A DNA stretch of 64,000 bases from Chrysomallon squamiferum (Eukaryota > Animalia > Mollusca), in NCBI GenBank assembly GCA_012295275.1, contig CM022677.1, forward strand, positions 10,726,001 through 10,790,000, in the 5' to 3' direction. Both the position numbers and the translations under genes were made by a program. Shown here in pieces: positions 13,925 through 28,753 of the stretch. The notes under the pieces were generated by a model. It was not told the DNA's origin and ran no database searches. It saw only the letters and a program-made list of their open reading frames with translations. Positions within the stretch are counted from its first letter, which is position 1; each line of letters opens with the position of its first letter.

Positions 13925-13993
13925 AATACCAGATCTATTGATGTTTCACATACAGCTTAGACATACAGCTTAAACATCAATAGATCTGGTATT
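13925..13993. repeat. Perfect 22-bp inverted repeat (hairpin, 25-nt loop)
   Basis: aataccagatctattgatgttt (13925-13946) pairs with aaacatcaatagatctggtatt (13972-13993); the loop region contains a direct repeat of acatacagctta. Confidence 0.9.
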
Positions 13994-15291
13994 TTGACTT
14001 AAATCCTATTCTCCGGTTATTTCCTTATATTCCAAGACATGAAACAGGAAACATTTCATGCCTCAAGCATTTCAGGTAGGTTCATTATGTAGTAGTTAAC
14101 ACAAACAACAGTTCTTGTGTAAATATAATTGTAGTTATTTGAGTATTTATTTCAGTTGATTGTGTTCATAGCCTTTAGCAGCATAAATGACGATGATATG
14201 CATTATCTGTTATTGTTGTTATTGTCGTTGTCGGTAATGTTGTTGTTGTAGTTATTTTTGTTATTGTCATTCTTGTTCTTGTCATTATTATTAATTGTTG
14301 TTGTACAGATATATTATTATTATTGTTATAATTATTGTTGTTAATGATATTATTTCTTTTGTTATTAGTATTATGGTTATGGTTGTTATTGTTTTTGGTC
14401 TGATTATTATTGATCCTGTTATTGATCTATGTTATTGTTATTGGTGTTGTTGTTTTTCTTATTCTTGTTCATTTTGCCATTGTTATTATCATTACTACTA
14501 CTACTACCACTGTCACTGATACTACTACTACTAATACTATTATTATTATTAATTGACTTAAGATCCCACAATTAAGCATATTTATTCCAGAATCTTCAAC
14601 AGTTAGAACCAACAGCTTCCATCTTGCCTTTATTAACTAACTGAATGAGCTGCATTTTGACTCTGCTAATAATAACAAACTTGGCTTAACAGAATCAAAT
14701 ATTATTATATTCCAGCTATTACACAGTCTAATGAATATTTACAATATAATTATTCAAGATGAATGATTTACAATTAATGCCATATACTCTCTATATCATC
14801 TACCTTGCTATATATATATATATATATATAATCACCTACATTAATTATAAGTTTTATGTATGTATTTTATACATTTGCAACTTTCATTATGGCTGTAGGC
14901 AGTTTTCTTGAGTCATCGTTATTTCCTAATAATAAAGTCATTATTATTTATTAATTCAGTTACAACATAAAATACCAAGTATGCATACATTAATTATAAT
15001 TTCTTTATAAAACACTTTTTTTCTTCACATTTTCAGTTTTGTTATTAGCTATAGGCAATCATTGTTTGCTGATAATAAAGTCATTATTAATTCATAGCAT
15101 GCTGACATTCCCTTGTCTTATCATAATGTGATTGTGTCAGTTACTGAACAAAAAAGAAACTTGGAATAATAATTTTAAAAAAATGTTTTCGACTATCTGT
15201 TTATATTACCAAATCTCTTTCTCTCTCTTTCCATCTCTCACTCTTTACTCTGTCTCATTTTCTTTCACTTTTCTTTGTTTTCTCTCAACAC

Positions 15292-15341
<50 letters not shown>

Positions 15342-16145
15342 CTTTCTCTCTCTCTGCACAAACATTACAATTATTTATTTTGTAACATTTATACAAATAA
15401 TCCAATCCTTTCTAGATAATGAATTTTTTTGTTCTATTTTTAGTATAAAAGGGCAATATCCACATAAGTTAAAGAATGTTAGCTGGAGTTGTACACACCC
15501 TTCTCATGTAGCTAATGTTAATGACTTGCCAAACAGAAACAATACCAGCTTTTATAATAGATATCTGCTAATAATAGGCTCTTGATCTCTTTATCATGTT
15601 TATAAATACCGTACATATATACACACACCCACACCCACACACACGCTAAATATATAGAGAAAGAGAGAAAGAAAGAGAGAGCAAGAGAGAGAGAGATAGC
15701 AAGGGAGAGAGAGGGTAGGGGGAGAGGGCATGCCAGAGAGAGAGAAAGAAATAGAGAAACCTAGAGAGAGAAAGGAAACCTATTACATTGTTCTGTTAGC
15801 AGAAAAATATTTATTATTTATACATTTTCATAAATGAGATCCCTTTAACATTGCATCCTTTTAACATGGAGACAAAAATGATAATGACTTGTCTTAGACA
15901 AAAAATAATTTTTCTCTGGAGATTTTTTCAAAGATCTTGGTGCATGTGGATCAAAAACATTCCCTTAATGTCTGATTAAAATTACTGAGAAGATAATGTT
16001 CTAATTTACTGATATCTGATATCTGTCACCTGTCAGTCATATCTGTCCTTATAGTTATGACATACTGACCAGTTTGTCTACATTTATCAATGTGACATTA
16101 TAGTTCTATATAGTTACACAAAGACTCTCTCTGTCACCTTCTCAT

Positions 16146-16216
<71 letters not shown>

Positions 16217-16463
16217 CTTTTTCATTCTTTCTTTCTTACTCTGGTCATATTATTTTTGTCCATATTGATATCATTCAAGAAAGTATATTCCACAGGGAAC
16301 TTACAAAAATAAATTTTAATGGCTAATGTTTTTTTTGTTTTTTATTGCTTACATTGTCACAAGATTCTTTTTGGTGCAGTTGTAGTAGTTGTTTTTATTA
16401 TTATTTATCATTATCATCATCATCATCATTAACTTTCTAATATTTAGCACACAAACTATAAAA

Positions 16464-16528
<65 letters not shown>

Positions 16529-17520
16529 GTAAAATAAATAAAATAAAAGCCTGATGTATCTCCACTAAGGACAAGTAATACATTCCTTTCTTCAATTTCT
16601 CAAACAGTTGTGTGAATTGCCAGATGCATGATTCATCATTTTCTGAACAAAAACAAACTCCAGGAAGTGATGTGTTTTCAGTGTTGTATTTTGTAGATTT
16701 TGTCACCATAATCCAAAGACTTCATTTCTAGGGTTAAAAAAAAATCCTTTGAATATTATCTCATGGTAGATGTTCAGTAATATATATGTTGTGTGTGTGT
16801 GTGTGTGTGTTGTGTGTGTGTCTGTGTGTGTCTGTGTGTGTGTGTGTGTGTTTCCTAATTCCATAACTCAGTGATAATACCGGCCTTAATAATGCCTCAT
16901 CTGACAAATGCTTTTTTGTAATTTTGTGTTTTGTTTGCGCTTCAGCTAACTTTTTCAAAAGGTTTGATCTTTTTTGTACAGGTCATAAAATAAAAATAAA
17001 AATTAACCATGTAAAACATACTGAACAGTAAAAGATATATTAGGATAGGTTTATTATTTAATATGTACTTTTAATTATTAATGTAAATTCTCTGAATGTA
17101 TTCTCCATATTTACCAAGTTAGATTTTGTTATTTTTGGTATTTATAATTTTTGAAATTATCAGAACAAAAAAACAAAAAAGAATTTCTGAGAATCTCAAA
17201 TATCAACAACTCTGTATGATAAAATTATTGAATAAGACAGAAAAAAATCACTAGAAAGATTATATTGCATGAGAAATAGAGAGGGAATGAAATCCCTAAG
17301 TATAAACAGTGTTAACAGAAATAATATTTAATTAAATTACTTGAACAGAGAGAGAGAGAGATAATAACATATAGTTGTAATATATACCATCTCTGTCTCT
17401 CTTGTGTTCTTGTTCACTCATTGTCTTTGCAATTATTTCTCTCTTGCTTTTACTTTGACCTCCTTTCATTTATTTTCTCTCTCTATTTTATCTCTTTGAC
17501 TTTCTCAGTTGATTCTGTAT

Positions 17521-17581
<61 letters not shown>

Positions 17582-17677
17582 GCCAATTTTTTAATTTTCT
17601 CATTCTAGTATATGTCAATATAATATTATAAACAAGAAAATTAAAATCAATGAACATATACACATCCATATACTCAT

Positions 17678-17742
<65 letters not shown>

Positions 17743-18039
17743 CATGTTAAAAGGAAGAGTAGTTAATCAGTGTTACTTGAACAGAGAGAGAGAGTAACAG
17801 AATGAAAACAAAATACTGAGGAAGAGAGAGAAAGAACGAAATACTGAGAGGGAGAGAGGTGTGTAAGTAGTTAAGTAAAGTGTCAACAAGAAGTGAGTTT
17901 AATCAAACTGTTCAACACTGTCAGTACACAAGTGAATCGATCTCACAAAGAAATCAGTTAAGGCTTTCTCAGGCTGAAGGCAAATTCTGGAGTTTCATCA
18001 CCACTTAGACAACCTGATTGATGGCGAAAAGAAATACTG

Positions 18040-18620
18040 AATTAAAACCCTTCCAATGTCTGCTAAAACCTGTGTGTATACAGAGACATGATCGTGTTAA
18101 AACTTACTAAAAAAGATTATTTGATACAGATAGATCCATTTTAGACCCTGTTTATTAAAACTTGTATTACAGAGACGTGTATTAAAACTTGTATTATAGA
18201 GACGTGATATTGATAAAAACTTACCCCAAGAATATGTGACACTGACTGATTGACACAGAAAAGAACCATTTTAGAGTAAACCCTGTTAAGTAAAACTTGT
18301 ATATATATAGAGAGAGAGAGAGACATATTGATATTGTTAAGAATTTACCAAAAAAACACACAAAAAAAAAAAAAACATGAATAAATAAAAAAAAAAAAAA
18401 AAAAAAAAAGAAGAGGTATTGCTAATTGACAGAAAGAAAAAACTAATTGAATTAAGACCATTCCATGGTCAACCTAGTTATTAAAACTTATATAATATAT
18501 GTGTGTGTGTGTGTAGAAACATGATACTGTTAAAAACATTAAAAAAAGAAAAAAAACCCAAAAGATACTGATTAATGAAGAAAAGAAAATTTCATTGTAA
18601 ACCCTATTTGCTACAAATCT
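18040..18620. repeat. Degenerate tandem repeat (aaaacttg...agagac(g/a)tg...gttaaaactta motifs)
   Basis: Several imperfect copies of ccctgtt(t)attaaaacttgtat...agagacgtg visible by eye. Confidence 0.55.
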
Positions 18621-18923
18621 TTGTTATACTATAAGTTAAAACTTACAATTTGAAATATATTGCCAAACTAATAATTAAAATCATATAGTTAAAACGTAGT
18701 GTTAAACTGTATAGTTAGAACATGTATTTAACATGATACTGTAAGTTTCTAAATAGTTTGTTTTTAACTGTAAGATGATACATTTTGAAACTGACTATAT
18801 TCATATCAGGAACATTAACTCAGTTTAAAAAGATAATCACAGATTATGTTTTGACTAGATTAAAACTTTCTGACAAACTGTATTAGCTCAGTGATTATTG
18901 CTTGACTGCAATTATTATTATTA

Positions 18924-18964
<41 letters not shown>

Positions 18965-20385
18965 TCTATTGAGTTAATTTGTGTTTTTCTGCTAAATCTG
19001 AAAGTATAAACTGTTATAAATCATGAGGACACTACAGAAAACCCCCACAAAAAACAAAGAAATTTAATGGATTATTTATTTATTTATTTATAATTTTTAT
19101 TTATTTATAATTTTATTTATTTTGTTTTCTTCTTTTAATTAATAATTTATCAAATTGATACTTGATAACATTAGCTTTATATCCTTTTTCATTTTTATCA
19201 ATCTAAGTTTTCTTTGAGTTTAGAAATATTTTCTTATTATACTTTAATGTTGTTAATATTATTACTGCTGCTATGATTATTATAAAACTACAATTTTCTA
19301 GGAGTATAAAGACAACTACTGTTACTAAATCAACAACTACTACAATACCACTGTTATAACATGTACTAATACCACTACTGTAATTACTGCTGCCAGGAGG
19401 TCAATCTTTACACAGCTGTTACCATGACACCTCAACAACAGCATTACAACTACAACAACAGCAACAACAACAACTACTACTACTACAATTTCTACTCTAC
19501 CATTACTACTACTATAGCAACCACTTCCACTATTATTTAAAATAACATCTGCATGGATGTCATTATTCACATGCTTCATGAAACAACCACAACCACAACA
19601 ACAACAACAGCTACTACTACTACTACTACTGCTACTACTACCACCATTACTATTTAAAATAACATCTGCTGGGAGGTCATTATTCACACACTTCAGATCA
19701 TGAAACCAGATCCCTGGACAAGGACAGAGGAAACAATGAATTCCCAGGACAGTTCAGACTAAATGTTTACTCAGACACAAGCAGGTTCCAAGATCTTCCC
19801 ATCCCTCTGGAAATCAATTAACCACATCATATTACAGGGCTCACGCATGCTTGTAGTGGATTTTTCTCTCTGATATTAGTTTGAAGATATTTTTCTCGTT
19901 AAGTTACCTACCACAAGAGTATGTATGTAGTTCAAGTTCAAGTTCACTTGTAACGGCACACAGAATCTCTCTCTGGTTGTTAATATTAGTTCGGTGATAT
20001 ACTTAAGTTACATTACTAGTGGTAGTAGTTGTAGTTGTAATAGTAGCAGTAGCAGTTGTAGTTGTAGTAGTTTTGGATATACAGGGTCCAGACTCATTTG
20101 TAATTGTCTCTCTGATTGTTAACATTAATTTTGGTGACATACTTAAATTACTGCTAGTGGTAATTGTAGTAGGTGTAGTTGTAGTAGAAGTAGTAGTTTT
20201 GTATATCACAGGTCAAAGTTTGCTTGTAGAGACATATAAAATGTTTTTCTGGCTGTTAATATTAGCTTGATGATATTTTTAAGTAGTAGTAGTTATAGTT
20301 GTAGTAATTGTTGTAGTAATAGTAACAGTTGAAGGGTAGTGGATTTAGTTATATTAATAGCAAGCAACAGAAGTAGCTGTAGTAG

Positions 20386-20456
<71 letters not shown>

Positions 20457-21142
20457 AAAGAGAGATTGTAACAAAAACTGAGAGATAGTCACTTGCAACC
20501 TCAATAGACAATTATTATTTAAAATGGCTTGTTTTGAACTTTGACATTTTTCAAACCAAAAAAACCCAGATAGCTGGGAATGTATCCATTCATTATAACT
20601 CACTGGTTTGTTTTTAGTTTATTTTCTTACTTTTATTATTATTATTATTATTATAATAATATAATCAAATAAAACATGATAAAAAAAAATAAAAAATAAA
20701 TAATAATAATAATAATAATAAGATAAAATAAAATAAACATAAATTAAACACAAAATAAAATGAAATGAAATAAAAAGAATATTTTAAAAATACTTGGCTG
20801 TAGTGACAGCTAGATCTGGCAGTTAAGCCCACAGCAGTTGAACAGTTTTGACTGTAAAACGTATAGAGTCTGCTTAAACAAACATTTCTCTGCAACAGTT
20901 GTTAGCTGGACACACACTACTTTTTTTGATATGCAAATTAATGGTTCATGCACATGTGCATTCTCATTTGAATGTGTTTTGTTGGTTTATTCATGCTCAT
21001 GTGGTTATCAATAACAAATCGTATTATTTTTTTTTTATATACATATTTTTTGCATAGTGTTAATGTGAATTATAAAAGAAAATGTTCCTGTTATTCTTTA
21101 GTTTCTATTTTGTTAATTTCTAACATTTTACTGAAAAGGAAT

Positions 21143-21178
<36 letters not shown>

Positions 21179-21187
21179 ATATATGTG

Positions 21188-21227
<40 letters not shown>

Positions 21228-21695
21228 ATATAGATATAGCTACATAAAGGTATATATATAAATAGATAATTTAAAAGTAACTATCAAATTATATTTTACT
21301 TATAGAGAGAGTGAAAGTATGATTATAATCACATATTGTATATTACTGTTTTTATCCCAAAATATAGACTTGATACAAAGATGCAGATAGAGAGAATTGT
21401 GTCTGTATGTGTATATCAGTATTTAAATCATAAAACTGACAGAGAGAGTCAGAAAGAGATAGATATGTATGTTTTTCGTGTTTGTATATGTGTAATTTAA
21501 ATAATGTTTATAATTATATGCACAACATCCCTTGTTTACAGATACAAACACACAACATACAATGCAACATGCACAATTGCAAAGACATTTGCATACAAAT
21601 ACTCATGGACATACATATGTATGTACACAGTGCAAAGACACTTGCACCCAGATGCACACACACACACACACACACACCCCACACACACACACAGA

Positions 21696-21747
<52 letters not shown>

Positions 21748-22181
21748 AAGCCATACGCAGTCTGCTAAAATCAGTTGCATACACTGATTCATTATGAACA
21801 AACACATCTGAACAGTGTGGTTGCTAAAAGTCAGTTTGTGTTGTTGACTGAAGAGTTTTAATGAAAATCAACAGTCAGGTGGAGAACACTGAGTGTCATG
21901 TCTCTCTGACTTTGTTGAAGTAAGTAATGCTTAACAACAGTGTTTTGTTATATGTTTATACAATATCATACTGTCATGTATAAATAACAGGATTTATTAT
22001 AGAGTGAGAATAGAGAGAGAAAGAAAGATAGACAAGAAAGTAAGAGAGAGAGAGATCAAGTGAGCAAGGACAGTAATGTACTTGTAAATGCAGTTACTGG
22101 TATTAGTGGTTACTTGTTGTAATCAGTCAGGTTTGTATTCTAATCAGCATATAAACACACACACATATACATGTGGTATTT

Positions 22182-22240
<59 letters not shown>

Positions 22241-22324
22241 TCTGTATTCTAATCGATATCTAAATACAGAAAATGAATAGAAACACACACACACAGGCAT
22301 ATACATTCATGTGCAGACATCCAT

Positions 22325-22360
<36 letters not shown>

Positions 22361-24014
22361 ACACACACATACAGAAATCAGAAAAACAGAAAGACTGATA
22401 TCTGTATAAGTTTGAGATAGAAAGAGAGAGAGAGAGAGGATTGAAAGTTTAATTTATTTGTAAATGAGGTAACTGGTAGTTAATGTTTGTGTAATCTCTG
22501 CTGAATGCTTAAACAGATCTCTATTCTAATCAGAGATATCCACAGCATGCAGATAACTTAATTTGCATATTTAATCAATAACACACACGTACATATTCTC
22601 ATGCATTGAATAATTTCTTTTTTTAACCATATATTTCTTGGTTTTTTGTTCTGTGAGAAATCATGTTTGAAGGATTGAGGAATGTTAAGACTTTGTGTTT
22701 TGCATGTTGTTAGTGAAAAAGTAAACTCTATTTGGAGATTATAGGGAATGTAGGAGGATGGCAAGAATGATGAAGAGAGAGCGAGAGAGGAGGAAAAAGT
22801 AAATCTAAATTGAAATGTAACGAGGGAAAAGCAATAGCCCCCTCCCACTAAAAGAAATAAAAGAAATAAGAGGAGAAGAAAATATTTTTTAATCTATAAA
22901 ATATTCTGTGAAATCATGTTTCTGCTTGCAAAGAAACAGAGAGATAGTGAGAGAGAGAGACAGACTGTGACAGAGAGAGAAAATAGAGAGAAAAACAGCC
23001 AGAGAGACAGGAGAAGGAGAGACAGATTGTGACAGAGACAGAGAGAGAGAGAGAGAGAGAAAGAAAACAGAGAGACAGGAGAAGGATAATAAAAAATGAG
23101 GGAGTGAAAGTGATGGAAAGAGGAATAGAAAAAAAAAGAAAAATTAAAATTAAAAAAATGTTGAGAAAGATTAAAATGGGGAAACAAGGAGGAATTCTAT
23201 GAAAAATAGATAGGAAAGGGGATGAAAGAAAAAGAAAATTGTAGAAAAAAGAAAAAATAAGAGAGAAAAAGAGAAGCAGAAAAAGATGGAGAGAACAGAA
23301 ACAGAAGGAAAACTTGGGAGAGATAAAAAAACAATCTAAAGAGAAAGGAAAAAAAAAAAAATTACAGATTATTTTCAGCGATAATGTTGCATGATATATT
23401 GTTCTAAATTGGTGACGTTGTTTCCGATTGCTCTCACATGAAATGGTGACATGCTAAGTGGTGATGTTGATAAGTTTCCTGTACAACAGCTTTCACAGTG
23501 TCATGTTTCATGTTGTATAACTTATTAAGTGTAGGTGTTTTAAGAGAATCATGTTTTTTTAAATTATTTCTTTACTAAAATTGTTTATGGGGGATTTATA
23601 CATTTTTACTGTTATGTTTTACATTTACATTGCCATCTTTGTTTTCAAATTATTTTATTCTTAATTTTAATCCTGTTTTGCTATATTAATTCAAACATGT
23701 ATGACCTATGTACATACATACACCCAATCAAAGATACGTTATACATATATATATATACATATATACATAATACACATATACATACACTCATTCAGATATC
23801 CATAGGTAATATAAAATATATTTTTCAGTGTAGAAAGTGTTTATCCTGTAAAAAAAAAAAAAATAATAATAATAATAATAATAAAAATATTACTACTACT
23901 ACTACTGATAATAATAATAGCAGTAGTAGCAGTAATACTAGTAGCAACAGTGGTAGTTGTAGCAGTAGTTGATGCAGCAGTAATAATAATTATAATAATA
24001 ATAATATCATGACG

Positions 24015-24051
<37 letters not shown>

Positions 24052-24460
24052 TAATAATAATAATAAGGATTGTGTCTAGACGGTTCCAAATGCCAGGCAA
24101 TCAACTGAAAAGATAATTAAAAAATCTGAGAACTGATGTTATTAAAGTTTTCAAAAGATTGGTCTTTCTTTTTTTTTTTTTTTTTCTTTTTTCTATTTCC
24201 TCTCTCTCAACTTCTACAATATTAAAGGAACTGCACTAAGAGACAGAAAAACAAAAAAAATGTTCCTTCTTACAGATTGCAGTGAACAGTACTATTGAGT
24301 ATATTTTCAATTTTTTCAATTTTTCTGTTACTTTCTAAATTTTATTGCTGGCTCTGTATCTGAATCTGTATTTGGTTGTCTGTTTGACTGTCTCTTTTTA
24401 TATCTTTCACTTCTTAATATTTTCATCCACACTCTCAACTTTCTCTCTTCATCATAAAAT

Positions 24461-24510
<50 letters not shown>

Positions 24511-24905
24511 TCATACATACACAGACTTTCATATATATATATATATATATAAAAACACAACATAAAATCATTCACACTCACACATGCCCACATATATCAC
24601 ATATACAAACACACACCATAGCTGATGGTCTTTTCTTTCTTCATACACATTTACATTCACTTTTCTGCAATCCTTGGACAATCTTTATTTGATAGTAACT
24701 GGCCTACTGAGGCCAGCACCAACAAGAACAACATTTATCAAGATTGTCACATCAATTTGTTACTGCAGGAGAAAACACAAAAGAGAGCTGTAATGCAATT
24801 GAGTAATAAACTGGGTTAATTTTGGAATGTAATTGTTTTAAATGTCATGAGACACTTAAAGCTGATGACCGAGTGAGGTCTTCTAATCATAATGAATTAA
24901 ATTAA

Positions 24906-24955
<50 letters not shown>

Positions 24956-25476
24956 AAATGAAATAAGAGAAAGAGAACAATGAGAAACAGATTAGAGGGA
25001 GAGATTATTAATTTATTCCTTCATTACAAACTGTTTTAGGTGTGTGTTATTGAGGTTTTTTTCCAATCCAACAAGAACTCCTATAAATAATAATAAGCAT
25101 TAATAAGTAATCACAAATTACAGTTTTATATATTTATAACAGAAGAATTACATGATATGGAACATGTATGTATGTATACCATGCTAATATTATGCACAAA
25201 AGAAGGAAAATTGCAGAAATGTATTGCATTCTGGGATAGCTAAGGTTAACAGGTAACAGCAACAAAAATGTGTAATTACACAATGACAATGTAACTCATT
25301 AAATTATTTTTTCTTTACAGGTTTATAAACAGTCATTTAATGAATCTAACAATGGTTGAGAAACAGACATTATTAGCAAAATCACCATTTATAATTCAAC
25401 ACTGATAATATAACAAGCTGCCACTGCTGGATATCTGGTTGTACATAGCACAGGGAGATAACTCAGAAGTGCAGTC

Positions 25477-25803
25477 ATGGACTACATACCACAGTGGAAT
25501 CCTATTCAGTTTATTTTCATCTCCGTCTTCACCATTTACATTTCATTTCTGAGAATTCCATTTGGTAAGTTTAACTGTATTTGTTTGCACATTATTAATA
25601 TTACATTTCTTATTCATATTTTTTCTTTTCTGTTCAACACATGTGCACATGCTCATACAAACATATAGTTGTAATGCACATCTGTCTGTTGTGCTGTTCT
25701 TCACTCATTGCCTCTGTTTAATCTCTTTCTCATTATTTCTCTCTTTCTTTCACTTGACCTCCTTTCATTATTTGTTTTCTCTCTTTCTCAGTATGCTCTA
25801 TCT

Positions 25804-25859
<56 letters not shown>

Positions 25860-25966
25860 CTCTCTCATACCATTGTTTTTAATTTTCTCATTCTAATATA
25901 TGTAAATGTATATTATGAACAAGAAAATTAAAAACAGTGAACACACACACACATTTTATATATATA

Positions 25967-26006
<40 letters not shown>

Positions 26007-27144
26007 ACACACACAGACACATACACACACTAAGCCATGCACATATAATAATATTTGTGTTGCTTTTACAGGGGGTGTATCAGTGATAGCTGTATATTTG
26101 ATGTTAGTTGTTTTCTGTGTGCCAGCACTATTTGTGCAACTCAAACTAGGAAGTTACCTGCAGAAAGGAATTGTGGGAATATTTTCCATGTATTTTCCAA
26201 TATGGAAAGGTATTCGCTTTTTACTAGTTCTTACTTTGAATGTGGAATAATAGAAAAAAAATAAATAAATAAATAAATAAAAAAAAAAAATAAAAAATTA
26301 GAAGGAATGAAAAGTGGAATTATTCAAAAATATTGCTATTTAGGCTGTTTTAGTGTCCTTTTTTACTGGTGTTTTTTTTTCTAATAATATATAGTCTTTT
26401 TGGGGGGTAATTGTTTTTATTATATAATTATTAATAATATTATTATTCATCATCTTGATCATTATCATTATTATTACTATTATTACTATTATTTGTATCA
26501 TTAAACTTACTAAACATGCATATTCTTTCTTCTTTCCTTCAAGGTGTTGGCATAGCCGCCTTGCTTCATCTCCTCATCAGCATCACCAACTTCGCCCCCA
26601 TCGTCGCTCAGTTTGGGACGTATGCCTTCATCGCTATATCTGAGAAACCCTACGTGTGGGGCAGCTGCTCCAAGATAAAAAACGTCAAACTCTGCTATGA
26701 TGATGATTGGACCGCCTCGTACGTTTATATGTATATATGTCTTACTTTTATAGTTTATATGTCTTACTTTTATACTTTATATGTCTTACTTTTATACTTT
26801 GTGTGTGTTTATGTGTCTTACTTTTATACTTTGTGTGTGTTTATATTTGTCTTACTTTTATATTTTGTTTGTGTTTATATGTGTCTTACTTTTATCCTTT
26901 GTGTGTGTTTATATTTGTCTTACTTTTATACTTTGTGTGTGTTTATATGTGTCTTACTTTTATACTTTGTGTGTGTTTATATGTATATGTCTTACTTTTA
27001 TTTTATACTTTTGTGTGTTATATGCATATTTGTCTTACTTTTATTTTATACTTTTGTGTGTTTTATATATATATATATATGTGTCTTCTTTTTATTTTAT
27101 ACTTTGATCTGTGTGTGTGTTTTGTGTTTCTATGGGTGTGTGTG

Positions 27145-27176
<32 letters not shown>

Positions 27177-28677
27177 TATATACATGTATTTATCATTGTG
27201 TGGCATGTGCTTGTGCTTTGTGTGTGTGTATATATTTATGTTTCTCCTTTTATACTATTTGTCTCTATGTTTGTATCTCTGTAAGTACATGTGTGTGTGT
27301 ACATGTGTGTGTATACTGTGTGTGTGTGTGTGTGTATATGTATTTGTATATATAGCTATATATATATATATATATGTAACTGCATCTCTATGTATGTATG
27401 TAATTTTGTAGCTGTCTGTGTATGTGTGTATATATATATATATATGCACAAACATGAATTTAAATATATATGTATGTCTATATATTACATATCTATCAGT
27501 CTCTTTGAGAAAGTGAAAGGAGAAAAATATTCTCAGCTTAATTAGAACAGATAAAACTAGCTTAGTTTTCTTTCATCAAACCATTCACTTTATACAAAAA
27601 CAATAGGTTATTTGCTGGAGGCAGGAAAGTCATTACAATCAAAATAACAATAAGTTTTAAATCAATAAAAACAAATTAACAGAGTTATTAACAGAGCAAA
27701 AAAATAATAAATAATTAAGAAAAAAGAAAAAAGAAATAGTCTTTAACACAGTAATAATACTATTATAAAAATAAATTGAAAACAAAATACTGAAATAATT
27801 AAATCAGTATAAATATTTTTTTATTATCACTGTTTTAAAATATACAATCACTTCTCTGTCAGTTTTAGAATGTAATTTTATTATTATTATTTTTTTTACT
27901 TTCTACAAATAATTATTTCATTTTGGTGTGAGAGAGTTTTTAAGCTTTGTCGATGAATTTAATTATTGACGAAGCAATCATGGTTCATATGTTGCTGATG
28001 TTTTAACTACATTACTGCTCCTGCTATAGATATTGATTTTTAGCACTTACCACCAACCAATTAAGTTAGAGTTGACTCCCTTTGATTAGGTTTCCAATTC
28101 CTGGAGGTACAAAAATGCAATTACCATCTAGTCCCATTTTCTTCATCTTATAATGAAGTTCTTATTATACTTTATAGTAATAAATATAAATTATTATTAT
28201 CAATATATAAATATAACATTATATAAAAAAAAAAAAAAAAAAAATGATTCATTGAATTATAAGGATTTTGCTTATTTATATAAGATGATATATGTAAATA
28301 GATTAGGTGTGTGATATTGTAGGTTGTTTTTTTGTCATTTGTTTTTATATTTATTTATTTATTATCACAAAACTAGAAAAAAGAAAAATCCCCCCAGAAT
28401 TTTATTTATTTATTTATTACCACAAAACTGAAAAAAAAAAAAAAAAAAACAGAAAAATCACCTAAAAGCTTTAGACTATATCAAATAATAATTTAGTTGC
28501 TAAAGACAAGTGTTTATAATAAAACAGTAAAGAATGTGAAACTGTGGCTTAATGATATTTTTAGTACAAAAAAAAAAAAACATAACAGAATGTCACATAA
28601 TTTAACAATATTTGGACAATGATGAATATGTATTTTTGAAAGTTTTTAATATTTATTTATTTATTTATTTATTTTTA

Positions 28678-28753
<76 letters not shown>

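Noticed and set aside
25669-25683. Possible 15-nt microexon between SLC6 coding exons 1 and 2 (the protein seems ~5 aa short there)
   Set aside because: No pyrimidine tract before the AG and a weak donor (gtctgt); not supportable without transcript reads.
26719-27545. Long ORFs of 279, 234 and 108 aa
   Set aside because: Only 26544-26718 is a real exon; the rest is stop-free 30-bp minisatellite and dinucleotide repeat.
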